This document shows positions 1 through 9,228 of a stretch of 64,000 nt of DNA, piece by piece (the stretch's first letter is position 1; each line of letters starts with the position of its first letter). The stretch lies in IMG/VR virus record IMGVR_UViG_3300050343_000147, positions 7,495-71,494 of that record. The stretch is one strand, 5' to 3'. Under the pieces are notes generated by a model. That model was not told the DNA's origin and searched no databases. It saw nothing but the letters and a program-made list of their open reading frames with translations. The DNA comes from a virus. A program made the position numbers and the translations under genes.

Positions 1-3000
1 ACTGTCTTGCGGTTTAGGATAACCATTATCTTTGTTTATGGCTATAAGCTCATTAGCAAATGTAACTAAGTTTTCATTTGCAGTAACATAGTCTTCTAGT
101 ATTTTTTGATCAGCTTTAGACAAACCTGGTATAGTCATACCTTGTTGTATCCATGTGTAAACCCTAACAGCATTACCTACAGTGTAAGGTTCACCTGTGA
201 TTTTTTTATTTAAATCTTTAGGACTAACACCTAATAGCTTTTTTAAAGCTTTAAAGTCATTGGCTAAAGCAACTCTAGCGTTTGATATATCTATGTTAGC
301 TCTAGCAAATGGATCTAAAAAGTTTTCTTTTATCCAAGCTATAGTTTCATCACCTTTTTTACCTTTACCAGCAAAATATCTAGTTAAACCTACAAAATCT
401 TGAGCAGATGGTGGTATGCCTAGTAAATTAAATTTACCTTTATCTGCGCCTACAGCTCTAGCTTTAGTTTGGCCATATCTTTTTTCTGTGCCAATACCTG
501 TAGCTCTTTCTATTATATCATTAAAATCTTTATTAAGATCTTTTGATTTACTAAATTTAATTCTAGCATTTTGAGCTTCAGTATCTAAACGTTGCATTTC
601 ATTAAGAACGTTTTGATTACTACTTGTTTTAGAAAATTTTGTTTGTATTTTAGACGGTAAAGAATTTATGTTTTTAGCTTTAGCTGCTTGAACTTCTTTA
701 TAAGCTTGTGGTGCAAAAGCTCCTAAAACTTTTGTTTTATAATTTCCATTATTTTGTTTTTCATAAACAGTCATTGAAAAAGGAAATCTACCAAAAGTAA
801 AAGAATTATAATATCTTGAACCTACTAAAGGACTAGAATCTTTATATCTTTCGTTTATAACATCATCCATTTGTTTAGGTATAATAGAAACAGTATAGCT
901 ATCAAAACCTTTTTTTAATTCTTCTAAAGTCATTTGACCATTAACATACTTAGCCATATTAACTAACATTGTTCTAGCTGGTGGATTATGTTCGTATCTG
1001 TAATCTTTTTTGTTTTTAGAGTTTGACTTTGCAAAGCTATCAACTCTAGCGGCTGCTCTAACTAAAGCTGTCATATCGCCATTTGATGCCGCAAAAAACA
1101 TAGCTAAATCATTAACAGTTATTTCGCTTTCTTTATTTAACCCTTTATAAAAATCTAATATATCAATTATAGCATCTTGATTTTTCTTTGCATAATTAGC
1201 AGAATCGTCTAACATGTTTTTTGAAATACCTCCGGTTTTATTTAAAGACGTAACATAAGTGTCTACTTTTTGAGCAACTTTAGTTTTTAACAACGGTTTA
1301 CTGTTATATTGAGGAGCGTTTCCTTTGTAAGTAAGTAATTCAGGTTTTTTTAAAAAAGGTTTAATTAAAACTTCACTCATTTCTTTTTGATTACCAAAAA
1401 TACTAGTTCTTAAACTATCACTTCTTTCTAATGTACTTGGAACTAAATGTAACAAATCTGTTTCTTTGTTCAATTCCCACATAAAATTATTTCCTCCAAC
1501 CTTTGCACCAGCACTGAGAGTAGGACCTAAAATATTTACAACATAATCAGCTATTTTTAAATCATCACCTTTAAATTCTTGCATTTTAGAACCAACAAGT
1601 TCATTCATAAAGTTGACATAACCCATTATTTGTTTATCATCTCTAAAATTTACACCACCTTTAGCTACACCTAATATATTTCTTACAACTTCTGTTTCTG
1701 TTTGCTCTTCAAAAGCCTGTATTAAATAATCGTTTATATTTATTTTTTTTGGTTTTCCAGTTTTAAAATCTTTTTGATTTTTAATAATACTTTTTCTAAC
1801 TTTTTTCCATTCACTTATTATTTCTTCTCTTTTTCTACTAGGTGTTCCATCGCTTTTGTTTAGAAAATTTCCAAAAACACTTTGAAAAGCAGCATCAACA
1901 TTATAGTTATCAATTGCAATTGAACTTATAAATTCAGGCAATAAGCCTCTGTATACAGTTTGATCTTCTGGTTTTAAACTTCTTAAACTTTTGTTTAAAT
2001 TTTGATTATTACTAGCGGTTTTGCTAAACTTTAAATCAATAGGTCTTTTAATTGCTTTCGAAACTTTTTCAGTGGTTTGTGTTTTATCTACAAACTCTCT
2101 TTTCTCTGTAATTTCTGGTTTCTGTATAGTTTCCATTGTAGCATCAAAAGCAAACTCTTCTGCTAATGCTTCAGCTAATGCATCTTTTCTAGTACCTTTA
2201 GTTGATGTACCAACATCTCTACCTAAAAAGTAATTAATAAATTCAGCTTTAGTAATATCTTTTTTCTTAAATATTTTTTTACCTTCTTTAGTTTTTTCTC
2301 TTTTACCAGTGTCTTCTGCAAACGGTCTAAATCTTTTATTTATAATTTCTTGAGGTATAGCTTCATAAATATTTTCAAAGTTATCTCTTAAAAAAGTTTC
2401 GTAAGCAGCTCTTGACCCTAAAACATCTTTAGCTATAGTAGTTTTAAGTTCTGTTCTAAAACCTTTTTGTAAAGCTTTTTTAAACTGTGGTGAATCTACA
2501 GGTGGTAGTTTAGTGCCAAAAGTTTTTGTAACAGCATCAATTACTTTTTGTGTGGTAGCTTTATCTAGTTTAATTTTCTTCCTTAAACTTTCTTTTGCTT
2601 TTGTAGGTTTTTCCGCAACACGCTCTGTAACCTCTTCAGTGGTTGTATCTGTAACTCCTTTAGCCTCTGTGACATCTAGTTTAAACTCAGTGTCTAAAAC
2701 TCTATTAGAAGCTTCTATAGCTCTTGCTGGTAAAAACTTATTTATATAAGCAGCTAACGGGACACCTTTGCTAGCATCGTATTCATTTATTAAATCTATA
2801 ATACCACGCTTACCAGTTTCTATTTCGTCGGTTAATAGTTGTCTATCAAAACCAGGCGCTTCACTTCTTCTTTGTACAATTCTATTTGTAATAGGTTTAA
2901 ACTTCTCTATTATTTCAAACGCACCTTCTTTACCTTTTTGTTCAAATATAGTTTGAACAGCATCAGACTCAGATTTAGATTCTTTTATAATATTTTCAAC

Positions 3001-5424
3001 ATCTTGCTCCTGTTGCTTAGGTATAACTAATTCACCTTTAACACCTTTAGCAGCTGCTTTTACTTGACCTAAGTTTAATGTACCTTTTTCTACACTATTG
3101 CTATAATCTTTTATAAAATTATATACATCTCTACCATTATTAAATTTAACGTTTAATCCAAAGCGTTGCAATACTCTTCTTACACTATCACCAATCCTTG
3201 TAAAAATATTTTCTTCAAACTTAATATCACCACTGGCTAAAGCATCTGAAAATAGGGTTAAGGCTTCTTCCATTTGAACTTCTTCAGATTTGTCAGCATA
3301 TTGCTCCATTCGTTTTTTAAAGTTACTATCTTTAATTTGAGCAGAATCTATTTTGTTTAGTTCTTTTAAAAGTTCATTACCTAAATTAATTGCGGTTTCA
3401 GGATTGTCTTTAACTGTTTTATATAATATAGCATGGCCTATTTCGTGAGTACCAACATTAAAAGCTTTTTCTTTACTAGCAATATCTCTATTTATAACAA
3501 TAGTTTGCTCGCCTGTGTTAGGATTTTGAACTATAAAACCTTGATCTGTAGAAGACTTAATATTTAAATCTTTTTCATTTTTTAAAAAATCATCAATTTC
3601 TTTTTTATTAGCAAAATCTCTTACATCAACACCACTAATAAATTTAGAAGCTTGTTTAGCTTTAGTTATATTGTTTACTAATTTTTCTCCTTCAGATCTT
3701 ATTTCATATATTTCTTGACTAGCGTTGTTTCTAGCTTTTTCTATATTATTTATAAGAATATTTTTAGTATCAGAATCTAATTCTGTTGAAGATTTAATCT
3801 TGTTAATTTTACTACCTGATTCTGTTAAAAAATCAGAATTTTTACTTATAATATTTAATTGTTTTTCATTAAGAGAAGAAACTATATTATCATTACTATC
3901 AAATTGGTTTTTTAAATCTTGTTTTATTTGAGCTTGAACAGTGTTAATAGTTTTTATTTGTTCTTCTGATATATTTTTTTTAAATTTAGAATTTTCTAAA
4001 TCATTTAATTGTTTTATAGAATTTTTAATTTTTTGTTGCTCTTCACTTGTTCTTATTGCTCTTCCAGCTCTTAAAGCTTTTCCGCCAACAGCAAGTCCAA
4101 CACCTCCAAACATACCCTTAAGCGCTTGATCTAAGGCATCTGGTGACGTCATAGAATTACCAGCTTCTAAACTTGCTTTTTTTAAGCTCATTCCTTTTGC
4201 TAAATTAGTGTTTAGTTCACCGGTACCGTATTGAAACCACTCTTGAAGAAAGTTTTTACCACCAACATTTATTAAAGAAAATAATTCTTTTCTAGAACTA
4301 GTAGGCATAGAATTTATCCATTTACCTATATTTCCAATTTGTGCTTTTTCAGAAACATATTCTACAATACCTAAAAAACCAGGAACAATAACTTCTGCTT
4401 TACCAGAATTAACAAGTTCTTCACTTGTAACACCAAGTTCATTTGCCTTTGTTTCGTTGTAGTTTTTTATGGAGCCAGAGGTTATAGTTGTAAAAAGACC
4501 AACCGGCGTTGATGCAACTGAAGTTACTATAGATGCAACCCCATCTAACGCAGCGGCAATACCACCTGAAAAATAATTATCTTTATTTAAATTAGGAAAA
4601 GATTGTGTAGGTAGATTTTGACTCTGCAATTTATCTATTCTAGATTTAGCCCTACCCATGCCCTCTATACTTTCTTTATAAAGTTTTTCAGCTGCTTCTA
4701 CTCCATATATATTAGCTGTTAAATCAAAGCCTTGAGTGCCCATAAAATGATACATGTAACTAAATTGATCATCTAAACCTGATAATTGCCTCATATTATT
4801 AGTTAATGTCCCATACATATCCTCTAAAAAAGGTAAGTCAATTTTACCACTAGAAACGTCTTGCATTTTTTTCTGTCTTCTGTCTCTAGCTTCTTTTTCA
4901 ACTTTAGATATTCTTTGTGATTCTTCAAATGGAGTTATAGATGTTAATTCTCCTTGAGCTTGTTTTTGTTTTTTTATATCTTCTTCTGTTAATTCTGGTA
5001 AATTAGCAGCTGCCATCATTATATTTCTAGCTGCATCGTTTTGTTCTTGTTGAATTTTTTCGTTATATTGTTTAGCCGTTACTTCAACTTCTTCTAATCC
5101 AACTGGGATAAATTGACCGTCACTAACCCCTCTTAATTTAATTTCACCTTCATCTGTAAAACCAGATCCAGCACCAATGAAATATCTGTTTCTTTTGTTT
5201 TTAGGATCTGTAGAAACCGAAGAACCAGGATCCAATGTGGATGCCGTATTTGGTTCTGGTGTTACAGACGCATCCGTCTCCGCAACACCGTTTGTCTTTA
5301 CTGAATTATCTTCATCTGTTTCAATACCAACTTTAACAATATAATCATCTAAACTAAGGTTTGAATCTTCCGCAGCTAATTGCACATCTTCTAAAGAATA
5401 TGTTTTGTCTTTAAATTTAAACAT
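1..5424 (-). CDS. Giant (>1808 aa, runs off window) putative internal virion/ejection 'polyvalent' protein with a zincin HEXXH motif and a sigma-70 region-2-like segment
   Basis: ATG at 5424 (MFKFKDKTYSLEDVQ...). Spot-translated segments share one frame: GTHEIGHAILY (~3447) followed by EEALTLFSDA, GIIDLINEYDASKGVPLAAYINKFL (~2800-2735), YRYEHNPPA (~993). It is probably absent from the ORF track because there is no stop inside the window. It follows the tail genes, as ejection proteins do in podoviruses. Confidence 0.75.
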   Translation of the reverse strand, partial: MFKFKDKTYSLEDVQLAAEDSNLSLDDYIVKVGIETDEDNSVKTNGVAETDASVTPEPNTASTLDPGSSVSTDPKNKRNRYFIGAGSGFTDEGEIKLRGVSDGQFIPVGLEEVEVTAKQYNEKIQQEQNDAARNIMMAAANLPELTEEDIKKQKQAQGELTSITPFEESQRISKVEKEARDRRQKKMQDVSSGKIDLPFLEDMYGTLTNNMRQLSGLDDQFSYMYHFMGTQGFDLTANIYGVEAAEKLYKESIEGMGRAKSRIDKLQSQNLPTQSFPNLNKDNYFSGGIAAALDGVASIVTSVASTPVGLFTTITSGSIKNYNETKANELGVTSEELVNSGKAEVIVPGFLGIVEYVSEKAQIGNIGKWINSMPTSSRKELFSLINVGGKNFLQEWFQYGTGELNTNLAKGMSLKKASLEAGNSMTSPDALDQALKGMFGGVGLAVGGKALRAGRAIRTSEEQQKIKNSIKQLNDLENSKFKKNISEEQIKTINTVQAQIKQDLKNQFDSNDNIVSSLNEKQLNIISKNSDFLTESGSKINKIKSSTELDSDTKNILINNIEKARNNASQEIYEIRSEGEKLVNNITKAKQASKFISGVDVRDFANKKEIDDFLKNEKDLNIKSSTDQGFIVQNPNTGEQTIVINRDIASKEKAFNVGTHEIGHAILYKTVKDNPETAINLGNELLKELNKIDSAQIKDSNFKKRMEQYADKSEEVQMEEALTLFSDALASGDIKFEENIFTRIGDSVRRVLQRFGLNVKFNNGRDVYNFIKDYSNSVEKGTLNLGQVKAAAKGVKGELVIPKQQEQDVENIIKESKSESDAVQTIFEQKGKEGAFEIIEKFKPITNRIVQRRSEAPGFDRQLLTDEIETGKRGIIDLINEYDASKGVPLAAYINKFLPARAIEASNRVLDTEFKLDVTEAKGVTDTTTEEVTERVAEKPTKAKESLRKKIKLDKATTQKVIDAVTKTFGTKLPPVDSPQFKKALQKGFRTELKTTIAKDVLGSRAAYETFLRDNFENIYEAIPQEIINKRFRPFAEDTGKREKTKEGKKIFKKKDITKAEFINYFLGRDVGTSTKGTRKDALAEALAEEFAFDATMETIQKPEITEKREFVDKTQTTEKVSKAIKRPIDLKFSKTASNNQNLNKSLRSLKPEDQTVYRGLLPEFISSIAIDNYNVDAAFQSVFGNFLNKSDGTPSRKREEIISEWKKVRKSIIKNQKDFKTGKPKKININDYLIQAFEEQTETEVVRNILGVAKGGVNFRDDKQIMGYVNFMNELVGSKMQEFKGDDLKIADYVVNILGPTLSAGAKVGGNNFMWELNKETDLLHLVPSTLERSDSLRTSIFGNQKEMSEVLIKPFLKKPELLTYKGNAPQYNSKPLLKTKVAQKVDTYVTSLNKTGGISKNMLDDSANYAKKNQDAIIDILDFYKGLNKESEITVNDLAMFFAASNGDMTALVRAAARVDSFAKSNSKNKKDYRYEHNPPARTMLVNMAKYVNGQMTLEELKKGFDSYTVSIIPKQMDDVINERYKDSSPLVGSRYYNSFTFGRFPFSMTVYEKQNNGNYKTKVLGAFAPQAYKEVQAAKAKNINSLPSKIQTKFSKTSSNQNVLNEMQRLDTEAQNARIKFSKSKDLNKDFNDIIERATGIGTEKRYGQTKARAVGADKGKFNLLGIPPSAQDFVGLTRYFAGKGKKGDETIAWIKENFLDPFARANIDISNARVALANDFKALKKLLGVSPKDLNKKITGEPYTVGNAVRVYTWIQQGMTIPGLSKADQKILEDYVTANENLVTFANELIAINKDNGYPKPQDS

Positions 5425-5433
5425 AATTATAAT

Positions 5434-7056
5434 TTAATTTTTTATAAGAGACATAGGATCAAAAACTATAGGCAAACCTTGTACTTTACCTTCTTTTTCA
5501 GCTTCTTTTTGTAATTTTAAATATGCTTGGTCATAAGTATTACCTCCATCTAAAATATACATAGTCATTTTAAGTTTAGCATCACTTAAACCTTTTGAAG
5601 GAATTTCTGCTACTTTACCTGTAGCCACTGATTTTAACTCTAAATAATCACCTTCTTCGTCACCCTCCACGTTTTTAAAACTAAACTCTGGTAAAAGTTG
5701 TTTTTGAAATTCTGAATCAAATATTATATCTTGTTTTTTAGTACCTTTAAGCGTAGGTCTTTTTGTGTTTAATTTTTCAAGTTTACTAGTTAAAGATTTT
5801 AATCTTTTAGAAGTTCCAGCTCTTTTTATTTCACTCTCTGTTAATTTTTCATCTACGCCAACTTCTTTCAGTCTAGGCATAGTATCTTGCAGTTCTTTAT
5901 GTTTTTTATCTAGTATCGCATCTGTAAGTTTTGCAAATGATCCTGGTGTTAAACCGTGGTCTGTTTCAGCAGATGGTTCAAGATCTATATCCGCACCTAA
6001 AACATCATCTGTCCAGCTTTGCATAGCGACTAAACCAGAGCCCATGTCACCACCAGAAGCTCTACCTTGTTTTATAACACCAGTTATCTGAGCTTTTAAT
6101 CCAGGTAACATTGTATTTTTAAACTTAGTAATATCTAAATTATCAACTTCATATTCTTTTACAACATTATTTTTATCAACAGATTTTATAACACTTGTTC
6201 CGTTAAGCATTCCTTTTACAATTTCAGAATTAAGATCTATAGCTCCGTTTAATGTTATTTTTTCATTTTCTAAATTTTCACTAACACCTTTGTTTATAAC
6301 AGGATTCATTACTAAGCTTTGTGGTGTGAAATCACTATTAAGATTGTAAGTTCTTTTATTTTTTTCAGCTAAATCTAAAATTTTATTGTCTTTACCTTTA
6401 CTTAAAACACTTTCAACCTTACCTCTATATGGTAACTCTCTGCCGTCTTGAGTTCTTGCAGATGGTTTATTTAAAAAAGTCATTGAAACATTTAAAGCAC
6501 CTGAACTATCTCTTATTATATTAAAATCATAATCAGCTTTTGGACTACCACTAAAAGTATCGTTTATATCATTTAAAACTTGAGGATTTGTGGCAGATGC
6601 TGATAAGCCTCCTTCTTGACCAAGATTTACTTGTTTTGCAGATATTTCATCTCTTTCTCCTTTTAAATTTTCTAAAGCATTAGGTAAACCTACATCAAAA
6701 AAAGTTTCTAAAGCGTTTAATTCATTTTGTTTACTTAAACGATCGTTTCCTGTTAAATTAACATTAGCAAGTTGTTGTCTTAATTGTGCAGCTTTATTTA
6801 CTTCACCATCTAATATTTTTCTAAACTGAGGTGTTATATTAAAATCTTTTAAAGACTTGTTTACGTCTTTTAAATAATCCGAACTAAACTTAATAAGATC
6901 AGCTTGACCTTTTAAATTTGATTTTTTTATCGCTTGGGCTTTAGCAAATCTAGTGTTTAAAGCTTTAACCGTGCTTTGTCCTATACTAGAGATAGCTTGT
7001 GCATAATATTTTGCAGATTCTGTATCAATTACTGTTTGTGGATTTCTATATGACAT
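5434..7056 (-). CDS. Putative internal virion/ejection protein (540 aa)
   Basis: Intact ORF between the hydrophobic ejection-like gene and the giant protein. Function inferred from synteny only. Confidence 0.5.
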   Translation of the reverse strand: MSYRNPQTVIDTESAKYYAQAISSIGQSTVKALNTRFAKAQAIKKSNLKGQADLIKFSSDYLKDVNKSLKDFNITPQFRKILDGEVNKAAQLRQQLANVNLTGNDRLSKQNELNALETFFDVGLPNALENLKGERDEISAKQVNLGQEGGLSASATNPQVLNDINDTFSGSPKADYDFNIIRDSSGALNVSMTFLNKPSARTQDGRELPYRGKVESVLSKGKDNKILDLAEKNKRTYNLNSDFTPQSLVMNPVINKGVSENLENEKITLNGAIDLNSEIVKGMLNGTSVIKSVDKNNVVKEYEVDNLDITKFKNTMLPGLKAQITGVIKQGRASGGDMGSGLVAMQSWTDDVLGADIDLEPSAETDHGLTPGSFAKLTDAILDKKHKELQDTMPRLKEVGVDEKLTESEIKRAGTSKRLKSLTSKLEKLNTKRPTLKGTKKQDIIFDSEFQKQLLPEFSFKNVEGDEEGDYLELKSVATGKVAEIPSKGLSDAKLKMTMYILDGGNTYDQAYLKLQKEAEKEGKVQGLPIVFDPMSLIKN

Positions 7057-7057
7057 A

Positions 7058-7855
7058 TTAACCGTTGTTTCCTGCGTAGGCCGCAGCTATATTACCGATA
7101 GAAGAAAGACCAGCTGAATACATTGCTGATGCACCTTGTGATGCAGCAACAGCTGCTTGAGCTTGACCTGTTATTTGAGCTTGTTTTCTATCTAATTGTT
7201 CCATTTCTCTTCTTTCTTTTTGACTAAATACAAATTGTTTACCGGCAACATCAGCTTGTTGTAATCTTTGTGCTTCAGTCATTTGTATGCCTTGAACTCT
7301 TTGAGCTTCTTGCATTTTTAACTGCTCTAGTTGAGATTGACCTTGAGCTTTTAATTTTTCGTTAGCAGCCTCTTGTTGTTCTATATTTGCACTAACACCT
7401 TTTTTACTTTGTAATGCAGCTTGTGCTAAAGCAGTTGCGCCACCAGCACTAGCTCCAGTAGCTCTTAACATATCTAATGTATTTGCCAAAGCTATATCCG
7501 CTTCTTCAATCTGCATGTTTGCCGCTTGAGTAGCCACACCTAAGTTAGCATAAGGATTGGAAACCATACCGCTTAAGTCTTTTGCCATACTAGAAATATC
7601 TGTTACTCCTGCATAAGGATTTATTATAGCTTGTCTGTTTTTTTCTAAAACACTAAGTTCTCCTTTTAATCTATCACGCTCTACTCTAGCTCTATAAGCT
7701 TCACGTTTTTTTGCACCACCACCAAACAAAGCTCCAAGCCCAGATATTACGGCTCCGCCTATAGCTATACCAGTGCTAACAGGATCTAAAGCCATTGTAA
7801 CCCCATATGGATTACCAAAAAACCACTCGTATATTTGTATTAAAATTTCTTCCAT
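7058..7855 (-). CDS. Putative ejection/pilot protein (hydrophobic Gly/Ala N-terminal helix plus Gln/Ala-rich coiled coil)
   Basis: DPVSTGIAIGGAVISGLGALFGG followed by a long QA-rich helix, typical of podovirus ejection proteins. The true start may be MALDP at 7795. Confidence 0.6.
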   Translation of the reverse strand: MEEILIQIYEWFFGNPYGVTMALDPVSTGIAIGGAVISGLGALFGGGAKKREAYRARVERDRLKGELSVLEKNRQAIINPYAGVTDISSMAKDLSGMVSNPYANLGVATQAANMQIEEADIALANTLDMLRATGASAGGATALAQAALQSKKGVSANIEQQEAANEKLKAQGQSQLEQLKMQEAQRVQGIQMTEAQRLQQADVAGKQFVFSQKERREMEQLDRKQAQITGQAQAAVAASQGASAMYSAGLSSIGNIAAAYAGNNG

Positions 7856-7860
7856 ATTAT

Positions 7861-9210
7861 TTAGTATGATGATTCTACAATATCAGATGATACTGCAAAT
7901 AATTCTTTTTTAGTTGTTGGGTAATCATTGTTTATTAATTTAAACTTAACTGTTGACCAAAATCCTTTTATACCAGAAGAGCTGGCACCCCAAAGTATTT
8001 CACCACCTGTTGATGTTGAAACATTTATCAAGTTAGCAAAAAATTTATTTTCTTTTCTTTTAAAATTATTAGCAAACATATCTGACTCTAAGGAGCTTAA
8101 ATTAGTTTGTAATGTAAATTTACCTACTGGAGAAGCAATGTCACTAGAACTAGCTACCATGCTTTCTAATTGCCACCCGTCAACACCTTCGTAATTTATT
8201 GTTTTAAAATTTTTAACTAATGATGGTTCTTTATTTAAAATAACTGTGACAGTAGAGTCAGCAGCGGTGTTATTATAAAACTTACCGTATTGACCAGAGT
8301 TATGTAACCAAATTTTTCCATCATAAAAACTATAGAAATTATTAATTAAACTAGTTAAAAAACTAGGTTTATAAGTAAAAAAACTAGTCCAACCTAAAAC
8401 ACCTTCATCAAAAGATAATGTTTTATATGTTTCATAACTTACAGGATCTGTCGGCAAAGGCCCTACGTTAGAACCCTGTAAAGATAGAATGTAATTTTTA
8501 TTATGAATATCCCATCCACCGACAATTTTAGTTGCAGAAGCTAATTCATCTCTAAAAAAGTCATGCATACCATATGATGATATTTCTGTAATACCATCTG
8601 CAGACAACCTTAAAACACATCCTTTTTTTCTATCTGTAAAATATTTTCTATAACCATATACAGCAAAACTAAATGGATCTGTAGCAATACCGTATTCACC
8701 TGCATAAGCTACTATTTGTCCTATTACTAAATTACTAGAAGTTACAGTTCCATTACCCTCTGCTGAGTATATAGCATCTTTATCTATTAAAGCTCTACTT
8801 ACTTTATCTTCTTGAAATATAATTAAGTTTGTATCCTCAGCATAAAGTTTTTGTATTGAACCATTTGCTGGGTCTGTAGATCTAGTTATGTCTTCGCCTA
8901 CAGAAAACTGATTAGTGTTATTTACACCTGTTCTTGAATTAAATATACCTGAGTATATCAAAGTGTTAAACCTGTGTTGTTGTTTAGTATTTTCTTCATC
9001 TAAATAAGCTTTAACACCAAAATCAACTGTCGTGTTGTTGTAACCTCCTCTGATTCTAGACTCTTCTACATACCAATCATCAGCAGCAACCGACGTGTAA
9101 CTTCCAGGTACGTTAGCATAAGGCGCTATTGGTTGCGGACTAGCCGTGACAATATCTTTAATTTTTTTAATTAAGAAAGTATTAAAATATTTTACTTCTA
9201 CTATTGCCAT
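7861..9210 (-). CDS. Tail nozzle/stabilisation protein, C-terminal part (P22 gp10/crAss-like)
   Basis: Motifs LIIFQEDKV, AYAGEYGI, YFTDRKKGCVLRLS, GWTSFFTYKP and KNFKTINYEG resemble the conserved C-terminal half of crAss-like stabilisation proteins. Confidence 0.65.
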   Translation of the reverse strand: MAIVEVKYFNTFLIKKIKDIVTASPQPIAPYANVPGSYTSVAADDWYVEESRIRGGYNNTTVDFGVKAYLDEENTKQQHRFNTLIYSGIFNSRTGVNNTNQFSVGEDITRSTDPANGSIQKLYAEDTNLIIFQEDKVSRALIDKDAIYSAEGNGTVTSSNLVIGQIVAYAGEYGIATDPFSFAVYGYRKYFTDRKKGCVLRLSADGITEISSYGMHDFFRDELASATKIVGGWDIHNKNYILSLQGSNVGPLPTDPVSYETYKTLSFDEGVLGWTSFFTYKPSFLTSLINNFYSFYDGKIWLHNSGQYGKFYNNTAADSTVTVILNKEPSLVKNFKTINYEGVDGWQLESMVASSSDIASPVGKFTLQTNLSSLESDMFANNFKRKENKFFANLINVSTSTGGEILWGASSSGIKGFWSTVKFKLINNDYPTTKKELFAVSSDIVESSY

Positions 9211-9228
9211 AATTTATTATCACTTAAT

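Noticed and set aside
1-7056. Virion RNA polymerase as in crAss/N4 phages
   Set aside because: No DxDxD catalytic motif was recognised in the parts translated. The protein continues beyond the window, so this is not fully excluded.
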